Assembly (NCBI GenBank): GCA_963775055.1
Contig: CAVZHK010000005.1
Span: 511,305 to 575,304 of the forward strand
From: an uncultured Acidimicrobiaceae bacterium
GTDB taxonomy: Bacteria > Actinomycetota > Acidimicrobiia > Acidimicrobiales > CAIXPF01
Reading direction: 5' to 3'
DNA length: 64,000 bases
The notes beneath the pieces were generated by a model. The model saw only the letters and a program-made list of their open reading frames with translations, had not been told where the DNA came from and made no database searches. This document shows, piece by piece, positions 47,335 through 56,174 of the stretch. Each line of letters starts with the position of its first letter. Positions within the stretch are counted from its first letter, which is position 1. Made by a program: the position numbers and the translations under genes.

Positions 47335-48720
47335 TCAGCGGTGTTGGAACCAGGCGCCGAGCTCAGCGTCGGACACCGTCGCCCCGCGTCGTTGGCGCCG
47401 TCGCTGCATCAGCAGATGGGGCAGCATCCAAACGTAGGAGCCCAACGAACGCAACCGCAACGCGACGACACCGACGCGTGGCTGCCAAAGGTGGCGCAGT
47501 GGACCGAGGAGGTCCCGTCGGGCATAGGACAACGTCGTGAGCAGATACCGGCCGAGCGCCCGGAGGACCATGGCCGGGGCCGCGTTCTTGGTCAGCATGG
47601 CCAGGCGGTTGCGTTCCACATAACGCTGGAACAGGGCCGAGCCCTCCACCGAGGTGGTGGCGTGCTGGTGGCGCAGCACCGACGTTGGCACGTAGCGGTA
47701 CCGCCAGCCGCGGGCCCGGCCTCGCCAGGCCAGGTCGGTGTCCTCGTAGTACGCGAAGAAACGCTCGTCGAAAAGGCCCACGTCGGCCAGGTACGCCGGC
47801 CGTAGCAGCACCCCGCCGCCGCACCAGGCGAACACCTCGTCCTCGTGGTCCCATTGGCCTGCGTCGAGCTCGAGGAAGCCGCGATCGGCCCCATAACCGC
47901 CCGCGAGCAGCATGCTGCCGGCGTTTTGCACCACATCGAACGGCTGGCCCTCAGCGATGATGTCGAACCAGGCCGGTTGGGGGCCGACCTCGATTTGTCG
48001 CTCTTGGTGACCCTCACCGACGGTCACCTCCGTCGCCCGCTCCGCCGCCAGCCGGACCCGCACCGCCAAGGACACCGGTCCGTCGCGGCCAGCCTCAGCA
48101 GCTTCAGGTTCGACAGCATCACGTTCGGTGGGGACCCGGAGGCGGGCGTTGCCGTTGGTCCAGCTGAAGCGGTTTTCGGGGGCCCGGCCGCGCTCGATGC
48201 CCCAGAACCCCGGCGGTGGGAACTGTGCGGCACGCCAACGATCGACACCGTCGACCTCGACACCGCTGATCCGCACGCCGAGCTGGCGGTGATCGTTGGG
48301 GGCGATGACGGTGGCGCTGCGGATTTGCAGCTCCACGAAGGACGGTGCGAACAGCAGCTTGGGGCACGCAGCGGCCAGGCCAGGGTCCTCAACGAGCGTG
48401 TCGACTAGCGGTTTCAGCCAGCCGGGGGTGACGAAGGCGTCGTTGTTGACCAGCGCCACGAAGTCGATGCCATCCAGATCGCGGAGGGCGACGTTGTTGG
48501 CCGGGAACCCGGTATTGGTGTTCAGCCGCAGTAGTTCGACGTTCGGGTAACGCGCCGCCACCACCTCTGCAGACCCGTCAGTGGAGTTGTTGTCGACGAC
48601 CACCACGCGGAGACGGTCCACCGGCCAGTCGGTGGCAGCGAGCGCGTCCAGGCACCGGAAGAGGTGCGGATCACCGTTGAAGTTGAGAACCACCACCCGG
48701 ACCGTCGGAGCAAACCCCAC
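47335..48720 (-). CDS. GT2 glycosyltransferase (rhamnosyltransferase-like)
   Basis: VRVVVLNFNG..VVVDNNSTDGS..NTGFPANNVALRD, ALVNNDAF. It lies directly downstream of rfbABCD. Confidence 0.85.
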   Translation of the reverse strand: MGFAPTVRVVVLNFNGDPHLFRCLDALAATDWPVDRLRVVVVDNNSTDGSAEVVAARYPNVELLRLNTNTGFPANNVALRDLDGIDFVALVNNDAFVTPGWLKPLVDTLVEDPGLAAACPKLLFAPSFVELQIRSATVIAPNDHRQLGVRISGVEVDGVDRWRAAQFPPPGFWGIERGRAPENRFSWTNGNARLRVPTERDAVEPEAAEAGRDGPVSLAVRVRLAAERATEVTVGEGHQERQIEVGPQPAWFDIIAEGQPFDVVQNAGSMLLAGGYGADRGFLELDAGQWDHEDEVFAWCGGGVLLRPAYLADVGLFDERFFAYYEDTDLAWRGRARGWRYRYVPTSVLRHQHATTSVEGSALFQRYVERNRLAMLTKNAAPAMVLRALGRYLLTTLSYARRDLLGPLRHLWQPRVGVVALRLRSLGSYVWMLPHLLMQRRRQRRGATVSDAELGAWFQHR

Positions 48721-48725
48721 CGCGC

Positions 48726-49601
48726 TCAGCCCGACGACGATTGCAGCTGGTGCACCAAGCGACCCAGCGGTACCCGGAAATCCTCCAGCAACGGCACCCC
48801 CGACAGTCTCAGCGCGGCGTTGTCCAGCACCGAGTTGGCCGGTCGCGGGGCGGGGCGGGGTGGCTGCAGTGCGGCGCTCGAGATGGGCTCCACCAGGTCT
48901 GGCCCGTATCCGGCGGCTGACAGGATCGCCTGCACAAACCCGAACCAGGACACCGCGCCCTGGTTGGTGACGTGGAACAGCCCCGGCCGGCGGTCGATGC
49001 CCAACCGCAGCAGCATGGCGGCCAGATCATCGGCGAAGGTCGGATGGCCCACCTGGTCGTCGACAAAGCGCAGCGGATCTGCTCCCGCCTCCCGTCCGGC
49101 CGCCAGCCGGAGCACGGTCTTGACCATGTTCTGACCGTGCCGGCCACACACCCATGACGTGCGGATCACGGTTGCCTCAGGACCGCAGGCCGCCTCGCCA
49201 CCGAGCTTCGAGCGACCGTAGACCGATTGTGGGTTCGGCGTGTCCCACTCGAGGTACGGCCCGTCCTTGGTGCCGTCGAACACGTAGTCGGTGGAGACGT
49301 ACAGCAGGTGAGCGCCCACCCGGCGGCAGGCATCGGCCACGTGGCGGGTGCCCATGGCATTCACCCCGTAGGCCAGATCAGCGTCGGTCTCGCACTGGTC
49401 AACGGCGGTCACGGCCCCCAGATGGAACACCACGTCGGGCTCGGTCTCGCAGATCGCACCCAACACCGCGTCCCGATCGGCCAGGTCCACCTGATCGCGA
49501 TCAACGGCGATGATCTGCTGGTTGCGTTGCGTCCGGGCCTCGAGCAGGGCCACCAGCTCCTGGCCCACCTGCCCAGCGGCGCCGGTGACGAAGAAGCGCA
49601 T
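48726..49601 (-). CDS. rfbD: dTDP-4-dehydrorhamnose reductase
   Basis: From Met 16 (MRFFVTGAAGQVGQELV), YVSTDYVFDG, YGRSKLGGE. The start shares one nucleotide with the rfbB stop. Confidence 0.85.
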   Translation of the reverse strand: MRFFVTGAAGQVGQELVALLEARTQRNQQIIAVDRDQVDLADRDAVLGAICETEPDVVFHLGAVTAVDQCETDADLAYGVNAMGTRHVADACRRVGAHLLYVSTDYVFDGTKDGPYLEWDTPNPQSVYGRSKLGGEAACGPEATVIRTSWVCGRHGQNMVKTVLRLAAGREAGADPLRFVDDQVGHPTFADDLAAMLLRLGIDRRPGLFHVTNQGAVSWFGFVQAILSAAGYGPDLVEPISSAALQPPRPAPRPANSVLDNAALRLSGVPLLEDFRVPLGRLVHQLQSSSG

Positions 49602-50605
49602 CAGCGGGCGACAGCGGCCCGGGCCCGCAGCGGCTTCCACCACCAAGTGTTGTCCCGATACCAGCCCACCGTCTCGGCCAGGCCAGCCTCAAAGTCCCGG
49701 GTGGGCGCCCATCCCAATGACCGCAGCTTCGAGCAATCCACCGAGTAGCGCCGGTCGTGACCCAGACGGTCTGCCACGTAATCGATGAAGGTTTCGTCGC
49801 GCCCGCACAGCGCCAGCAGCCGGTCGGTGAGCTCACGGTTGGTGATCTCGTTGCCGCCACCGATGTTGTAGATCTCCCCCGCCACGCCCCCCCGCAGCGC
49901 CACGTCCACCCCCCGGCAATGGTCCTCGACGTAGAGCCAGTCCCGCATGTTGAGCCCGTCCCCGTAGAGCGGCACCGAGCGCCCCTCGAGCAGGTTGGTG
50001 ACGAACAGCGGGATGACCTTTTCCGGGAACTGGAACGGCCCGTAGTTGTTGGAGGCCCTGGTCACCACCACGTCCAGCCCGAACGTGGCCTCGTAACCCA
50101 ACGCGATCAGGTCCGACCCGGCCTTGGCCGCGGAGTACGGCGAGCGGGGCACCAGCAGATCGGCCTCGCTGGAGGAGCCGACCTCAACGGAGCCGTAGAC
50201 CTCGTCGGTCGAGACGTGCAGCATCCGTTCGATGCCCTGCTGGCGGGCGGTGTCACAGACCACGTTGGTGCCCAGGCAGTTGGTGATCACGAACCGGTCA
50301 GGGTCCACGATGGAGCGATCGACGTGGGATTCAGCGGCGAAGTGCACCACGTGGCTGCAGCCGTCCATGGCCGCCGCCACCATCGCCCGGTCACAGATGT
50401 CCCCGTGGATGAACCGGAAACGATCGGGCGCGACCGTGGACGTAACACCGGCACTCTCGAAGCCGGGCAGGCCCCGGAAATTGTCGAGGTTGCCGGCGTA
50501 GGTCAAGGCGTCGAGCACCACAACGGCATCGTCGGTGTTGGCCAGTACCCAACGCACATAGTTGGACCCGATGAACCCGGCCCCGCCGGTCACAAGCAGC
50601 TGCAT
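49601..50605 (-). CDS. rfbB: dTDP-glucose 4,6-dehydratase
   Basis: MQLLVTGGAGFIGSNYV, HFAAESHVDRS, VSTDEVYG, YSAAKAGSD. Confidence 0.9.
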   Translation of the reverse strand: MQLLVTGGAGFIGSNYVRWVLANTDDAVVVLDALTYAGNLDNFRGLPGFESAGVTSTVAPDRFRFIHGDICDRAMVAAAMDGCSHVVHFAAESHVDRSIVDPDRFVITNCLGTNVVCDTARQQGIERMLHVSTDEVYGSVEVGSSSEADLLVPRSPYSAAKAGSDLIALGYEATFGLDVVVTRASNNYGPFQFPEKVIPLFVTNLLEGRSVPLYGDGLNMRDWLYVEDHCRGVDVALRGGVAGEIYNIGGGNEITNRELTDRLLALCGRDETFIDYVADRLGHDRRYSVDCSKLRSLGWAPTRDFEAGLAETVGWYRDNTWWWKPLRARAAVAR

Positions 50606-50637
50606 AGCGACGGCTCAGGCTAATGGTCCGGGCCAGC

Positions 50638-51201
50638 TCAGGTTCGCAGCGGCCAGCGGGGCACGGCGTGGGGGGCCAACGCCGAGCGGTTGGGGTTGGC
50701 CCCATCTCGTGTGGACACCACCGGATCGGTCAGACCCCAGTCGGCGCCGATCTCAGGGTCGTTCCAGGCCACGCCGAGCTCGTCGGAAGGGTTGTAGTAC
50801 CCGTCCACCAGGTAGGTGATGGTCATGTCGGTGAGGGAGGCGAACCCGTGGGCCACACCGGGCGGTATGTACAAACCCCGCTGCACGTCGGCGTCGCCGG
50901 TCTCGCCCAGGTCGACCACCTCGGTGGCGCCGTCGGTCGGGGAACCCACCCGCAGGTCGTGCAGCACCGCCCGGGCCCGGCCGAACGGCACGTACCAGTA
51001 GTCGGCCTGATGCAGGTGATAGTGCAGGCCCACCACGCAGCCGGCCTTGCGGTCCCCACGATTGGACTGGATCATCTCCCGGGCGCCGGGGACCCACTCC
51101 CGCCGGTAGGTCTCCGTGAAACTGCCCCGCTCGTCACCGAACGTGGTCAGCTCGACGTGAACCACGCCGGTGATGCGGGAGGACGGGGTGACGGTGGCCA
51201 T
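50638..51201 (-). CDS. rfbC: dTDP-4-dehydrorhamnose 3,5-epimerase
   Basis: FGDERGSFTETY, GLHYH.., YIPPGVAHGF (cupin RmlC blocks). Confidence 0.9.
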   Translation of the reverse strand: MATVTPSSRITGVVHVELTTFGDERGSFTETYRREWVPGAREMIQSNRGDRKAGCVVGLHYHLHQADYWYVPFGRARAVLHDLRVGSPTDGATEVVDLGETGDADVQRGLYIPPGVAHGFASLTDMTITYLVDGYYNPSDELGVAWNDPEIGADWGLTDPVVSTRDGANPNRSALAPHAVPRWPLRT

Positions 51202-51252
51202 CGGCTGCTTTCTCCGGACTGTTCGGGCCGGCGCTGGTTTCGAGGCCGGCGT

Positions 51253-52335
51253 TCATTCGAGATCGACGTGGCTGTGATCGCCCAACATCAGCCGGGTGGC
51301 GGCGGGGCGTTGGCCGGATCGGCGCACCTCGGTGTTGCGGCCGAGCAGGCTGTCCGCCAACCGGGCGATGCCCACGATGGTGGTCTCCTCCAGCACGACG
51401 GAGTTCTCCACCTCCGAATCCACGATCCGGCAGCCGGCGGCAATGGAGCTATAGGGGCCCACGTAGCTGTCCTGCAGGGTGGTGTTGGCGCCGATCACCG
51501 CCGGGCCCCGCACCCGGGAGCGCACCAGCTTGGCCCCGGCCTCGATGATCACCCGGCCTTCGACCACCGATTCGTCGTCGAGCTCCCCGGCGATGTCGGC
51601 CACGATGGTGTCCAGCACCAGCCGGTTGCATTCCAGCAGCGGGTCCTTCTTGCCGGTGTCGATCCACCAGCCCTGCAGCACCTCGTGACGGACCGGGTGC
51701 CCCTGGTCGATGAGCCACTGGATGGCGTCGGTGATCTCCAGCTCACCGTGGGCGGAGGGCTCTATGGCGGCCACCGCTTCGTGGATGTGGCGGTCGAACA
51801 GATACACCCCCACCAGCGCCAGGTTCGACGGGGGGACCACCGGCTTCTCGATGAGCCGGACCACCTCCCCCTCAGCGTCCACCTCGGCCACGCCGAACGA
51901 ACTGGGGTTGGCCACCTCCTTGAGCAGGATCTGGGCCACCGCCCGGCGTCCGGGACCGGCTCGCTGGGCCTCGAAGCTGTCCACGAAACCGCTCAGGCCG
52001 GCCTCAAGCATGTTGTCGCCGAGGTACATCACGAAGTCCTCATCAGCCAGGAACTCACGGGCGATGAGCACCGCATGGGCCAGTCCCCGGGGTTGATCCT
52101 GGGGCAGGAACGTGATGTCCACACCGAAACGGGAGCCATCACCGACCGCGGCCCGGATCTCATCGCCGGTGTCCCCGACCACGATGCCGATCTCGGTGAT
52201 GCCGGCCCGCGCCATGTCCTCCAGCCCGTAGAACAGGATGGGCTTGTTGGCCACGGGAACCAGCTGTTTGGCGCTGGTGTGGGTGATGGGCCGCAGCCTC
52301 GTGCCGGCACCGCCACTGAGGATCAGGCCGCGCAT
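51253..52335 (-). CDS. rfbA: Glucose-1-phosphate thymidylyltransferase (long form with C-terminal left-handed beta-helix)
   Basis: From Met 53: MRGLILSGGAGTRLRPITHTSAKQLVPVANKPILFY, with a C-terminal hexapeptide-repeat-like region. Confidence 0.85.
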   Translation of the reverse strand: MRGLILSGGAGTRLRPITHTSAKQLVPVANKPILFYGLEDMARAGITEIGIVVGDTGDEIRAAVGDGSRFGVDITFLPQDQPRGLAHAVLIAREFLADEDFVMYLGDNMLEAGLSGFVDSFEAQRAGPGRRAVAQILLKEVANPSSFGVAEVDAEGEVVRLIEKPVVPPSNLALVGVYLFDRHIHEAVAAIEPSAHGELEITDAIQWLIDQGHPVRHEVLQGWWIDTGKKDPLLECNRLVLDTIVADIAGELDDESVVEGRVIIEAGAKLVRSRVRGPAVIGANTTLQDSYVGPYSSIAAGCRIVDSEVENSVVLEETTIVGIARLADSLLGRNTEVRRSGQRPAATRLMLGDHSHVDLE

Positions 52336-52370
52336 GGTGTCGGAATCTAGCGGCCCGACGTGCTGGGCCG

Positions 52371-55300
52371 GTGTGGTGGCGGGGCGTGCTGAGCCGACCG
52401 GGAACGCCAGGGGTTCGCCAGCCGGGACGGGCGACATGGAAAGATGGCCGCAGCCCGCCCGTCCCCGGGCCCAGCCCTCCTGGGGTATCACGCTTCGTGC
52501 CTGCCGATCCTGATCCGCCCATCCCGCCGCCCCACGGTCCCCGCCCTACTGCGGATCCGACCACCTCGGGTCTGGACGAGCTGCCGCCCGCCGGCACCTC
52601 CCTGGCGCTGCCGCGACGCGATGTCTCACGGCGCAGCGGCGCCCGCATCACGCCCCCCGTGCCCACCGCCTCCCAGCTCGAAGCGCTTCGCTCTGTGACC
52701 GGGGTGACCGGCCAGAACCGCGACCTGCTCAAGGGGACCGATCCGGGCCGGTACAAGGATCCCGCGGCGATGGACGACGCTCCCGCGACCGGGCGGCCGG
52801 TGGCACCTGGAGCACCGGACGAGCGCGACGATCCCCCATCCACTGGCGGCAAGGTTCGGGCCGGTGCCCCCAGCAGCGCCGCCGCCCCCGACCGGAAACG
52901 GCGACGGGCCCACGCGTCGGGGCGGTCCGCCGGCAGCGCGTCCGCCACGATCAACCGTCGCCGCGGCCTGCTGTGTGATCTCGGTGTCATCGCCCTGATC
53001 ACGATGCTGGTGGCGGTGTACTTCTACCCACTTGCACTGGGCCGAACGAACTCGATCCTGGGGCCCTACGGCAGCTTCGTGTACCCGTGGGCCTCCATCC
53101 CCAACGGCTACGGCCTGAGCGAGCCGCAGACCGATTACGCCGAGCTGTCCTACCCCTGGCTGGTGATCACCGATCAGGCGTTGGAGGAGAACACGGTGCC
53201 GTTGTGGTCCTCGCAGGTGTTCGGCGGGGGGTACGACCTGTACGCCAACGGCTCCAGCGCGCTGCTCTACCCGCCGCGGCTACTGGCGCTGTGGGTCACC
53301 TCGCCGGTACGGGCCCATGACCTGTTCCTGGTGCTGCACATGTGGGGCGCGGGGGTGGCCATGTTCCTGCTGGCCCGTGAGCTGGGACTGCGCCGGTGGG
53401 CGGGGACCTTCGCTGCGGTGGCCTGGATGTTCGCCACGTGGAACACGGCCTGGATGCAGCTGGAAGTGGTCACCCCGCTGGCGGTGTTCATGCCCGCCAC
53501 CATCGCCACGGTCCATCGGGCCATGATCCGGCGCAGCGCCCGATCCATCATCCTGGCCGGGCTGGTCTGCGCCCTGGCCGCCTCATCGGGACACCTGCTG
53601 CTGCTGGGCACCGCCTTGTTCGTGGCCGGCTTGTACGCCGTCGCCCTCAGCGCCTCCCGGATCATCGCCGAACGACGGGCCCGACGAGCCGACGCCAGTA
53701 CCGACGTCAGCACCAGCCCTGACCCAACCCCGGACTCACAGGCCGGCACCGACGCCGATCCGGCCAGCTGGGGCGTCGCAATGCGGCCGGCTCGGCACAT
53801 GAGACCGTCTTGGAGGCTGGATCTGCTCAGTGCTGTAGCCCCGCTGGCCCTGTTGGGGGTGGTGGCAGCGGGGGCGGCGGCGGTGCTGTTGCTGCCCACG
53901 GCGCTGGCGTTGCGGGGCGGGCAGCGGGTGCCGTTCAGCTACGCCGAGCTCCAGGATCAGTTCCTGGCCGAGCCGTCCATGTTGGGCCGGTTGGTGTTCC
54001 CGCCCCACGTGCCCGTCAGCGCCGATGACATGCAGTACCTGGGCTTTGTCGGCTCCTCGACGGTCATCTTCGCGGCGGTGGGTCTGCTGAGCCGGCGTCG
54101 TCGGGGGGCCTGGTTGGCCAGATGCCTGGTGGTCTTGGTTCCCCTGGTGATGATCGGGACCCCATTGACGTGGGTGGTGTGGCGCTTCGTGCCGGGGATG
54201 AACGTGTTCCGGCCGTACTCCCGGCTGATCGTGTTCGCCGCCTTCGGCCTGGTTATCGCCGCCGGTTTGGGGGTGCAGGTGGTCCTCGACGGCATGCGGC
54301 GCCACCGGCCGCGTTGGCAGCAGATCATCCACGTCGGCCTGGCGCTTGCCATCCTGGTCACCGCCGGACAGCTCATGTACCTGGGCCGGCGCTCGAACCC
54401 GCCGTTCGTGCCCCATGAGGCCCGCTACGCCCTGCCCCCCACGGCACTGATCGAACAGGTCCGCTCCCAGGGCAACGCCAACGGCTGGCCGGCCCGGGTG
54501 ATGCCGGTGTTCCTGCGCCGGGCCGACAACGAGGCCTTCAACGGGGTGACCCTGTACGCCAACACCGCTGAGGCCGTGGGCCTGGACACCATGAGCGGTT
54601 ACGACTCCAGCGTTGATCGCCGGACGTTGGTGATGCTGCGGGTGCTCAACGGCGCCGACGCCACCGTCACCACCCTGCGTCGCTATCCGGCGGCGTTCCT
54701 GGCGGCCTACGAGTCGTGGTCCACCCGGTATCGGTTGTTGGCCCGCCTGGGCGTGACCCACATCGTGACCACGCCGGACCCTGTCGACACTGACGTCATC
54801 TGGAACGGCGAATGGACCATTGTCAATCCGGAGCGGACCTACGAGGCTGCTGACGGCATCATCTACCGGGTACCGGCATCGGAGAGTGGTCCTCGCCTGA
54901 TCGCCGCCGACGAGGTGGTCAACAACGATCAGGCCGCCCTGCTGCGCTTCACCGACAGCGAGTTCCCGGCGCAGTCCACGGTGCTGGTGGAACGGACAGA
55001 GCTGAACCGCACCGGCCTCGAGCCCCTGGGCGACAACGCCGCCACGCCCCGTACCGAACCGAATGGTACGGCAACAGCAGCCCCCAGTGGGCCCGCCCCG
55101 GCAGAGGGCTCCGGCGGGGCGGGCGACGTGGTGCGGGCGGTCCGCGGCGTCAACACCGTGTCCATCGATGTCGAAGCGACACGCGACGCCTGGCTGGTGT
55201 TGCCTGATGCCTGGGCGCCCGGTTGGTCCGCCACCGTCAACGGCAACGCAGCCCCGGTGGTGCGGGTCAACTACTACCAACGCGCCGTGAGGGTACCGGA

Positions 55301-55475
55301 AGGTACGTCCCAGGTCTCCATGCGCTACCGCCCCCCGGGTCTGCTTACCGGTGCGATCATCAGCGCCCTCACCATCACCACGTCGGTGTTGGCGATGGTC
55401 GTCCTCACCGTGGGAGCCGTCATGCGCCGAGCACCCCGTCCTCGTCCCCGGCCCGTTCATGTTCCCATTGCATGA
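52371..55475 (+). CDS. Very large polytopic membrane protein, YfhO/GT-C-like, with Pro-rich cytoplasmic N-terminus and ~300-aa extracytoplasmic C-terminal domain
   Basis: About 190 aa of low-complexity Pro/Arg-rich sequence come first. More than 10 hydrophobic segments follow (YFYPLALGRTNSILGPYGSFVYPW.., LFLVLHMWGAGVAMFLLAREL), then a soluble domain and a final TM. Start uncertain. Confidence 0.7.
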   Translation: MWWRGVLSRPGTPGVRQPGRATWKDGRSPPVPGPSPPGVSRFVPADPDPPIPPPHGPRPTADPTTSGLDELPPAGTSLALPRRDVSRRSGARITPPVPTASQLEALRSVTGVTGQNRDLLKGTDPGRYKDPAAMDDAPATGRPVAPGAPDERDDPPSTGGKVRAGAPSSAAAPDRKRRRAHASGRSAGSASATINRRRGLLCDLGVIALITMLVAVYFYPLALGRTNSILGPYGSFVYPWASIPNGYGLSEPQTDYAELSYPWLVITDQALEENTVPLWSSQVFGGGYDLYANGSSALLYPPRLLALWVTSPVRAHDLFLVLHMWGAGVAMFLLARELGLRRWAGTFAAVAWMFATWNTAWMQLEVVTPLAVFMPATIATVHRAMIRRSARSIILAGLVCALAASSGHLLLLGTALFVAGLYAVALSASRIIAERRARRADASTDVSTSPDPTPDSQAGTDADPASWGVAMRPARHMRPSWRLDLLSAVAPLALLGVVAAGAAAVLLLPTALALRGGQRVPFSYAELQDQFLAEPSMLGRLVFPPHVPVSADDMQYLGFVGSSTVIFAAVGLLSRRRRGAWLARCLVVLVPLVMIGTPLTWVVWRFVPGMNVFRPYSRLIVFAAFGLVIAAGLGVQVVLDGMRRHRPRWQQIIHVGLALAILVTAGQLMYLGRRSNPPFVPHEARYALPPTALIEQVRSQGNANGWPARVMPVFLRRADNEAFNGVTLYANTAEAVGLDTMSGYDSSVDRRTLVMLRVLNGADATVTTLRRYPAAFLAAYESWSTRYRLLARLGVTHIVTTPDPVDTDVIWNGEWTIVNPERTYEAADGIIYRVPASESGPRLIAADEVVNNDQAALLRFTDSEFPAQSTVLVERTELNRTGLEPLGDNAATPRTEPNGTATAAPSGPAPAEGSGGAGDVVRAVRGVNTVSIDVEATRDAWLVLPDAWAPGWSATVNGNAAPVVRVNYYQRAVRVPEGTSQVSMRYRPPGLLTGAIISALTITTSVLAMVVLTVGAVMRRAPRPRPRPVHVPIA

Positions 55476-55636
55476 CGGTGTCACTGGCCTATGACGGTGA
55501 CCGCCTGGGCGCCATGTGGGGCGTGCAGAAGGCCCGCGAGGTGTTCGCCCACGCCGGGTTCACCGACGTCCAGGTGCACAACGTGCCCGGCGACCCGACC
55601 AACAACTACTACGTGTGCCACAAGATAGAGTCATAG
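55472..55636 (+). pseudogene. 3' remnant (54 codons) of a class I SAM-methyltransferase gene
   Basis: MTVSLAYDGDRLGAMWGVQKAREVFAHAGFTDVQVHNVPGDPTNNYYVCHKIES resembles only the extreme C-terminus of actinobacterial methyltransferases. No SAM-binding part lies upstream, and the ATG overlaps the stop of the YfhO-like gene. Confidence 0.6.
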
Positions 55637-55652
55637 CGCGTTCACGATATGA

Positions 55653-56153
55653 CTACAGAACCGACCGGCAAGCGGCCAACACCTCTGGGAAAGCGGTCTG
55701 GCCCCCGGTTGGCCCAGCTGATGGGAAGACACTGATCTCGGAGCCGTCGACGTACCACACTTCGACCACGGTCATACCGGTCTTCGCTGCGACCTCGCGA
55801 TAGGCGGCCAGCTTCAGCGCGACATCCTCACCGGAGGATCGAACCTCCACGGCGATGCGGGCGTGGCGGATCGATGCGCCCGAGGTGTTCTCGGCAGGCG
55901 CGGCCACCACGATGTCGGGGACCACGTACCAGCGGTGGCCGACCGCCTCGATCACGCCGAGGCCGGCGCCCACACTCACCTCTGCGTCGGGCAGGGCGGC
56001 GGCCAACGCTCCGAACAACTGCCCGCTGACCCGACCATGCTGAAAGGACGCAGGTGGCACCAAGAAGTAGCGCTCCCCGAGCTCGTAGTCGAACGGGCCA
56101 CCCTCACCGATTAGTTGCTCGAGGGTCTCATCGTCGCAGATCAGCGAACGCAT
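55653..56153 (-). CDS. Uma2-family (DUF820) putative endonuclease
   Basis: PD-(D/E)xK-like layout: YVVPDIVV.., RIAVEVRSSGED, ALKLAAYREV..VVEVWYVDG. Confidence 0.75.
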   Translation of the reverse strand: MRSLICDDETLEQLIGEGGPFDYELGERYFLVPPASFQHGRVSGQLFGALAAALPDAEVSVGAGLGVIEAVGHRWYVVPDIVVAAPAENTSGASIRHARIAVEVRSSGEDVALKLAAYREVAAKTGMTVVEVWYVDGSEISVFPSAGPTGGQTAFPEVLAACRSVL

Positions 56154-56174
56154 CCGACTCAGCCTGGCGTGGGT

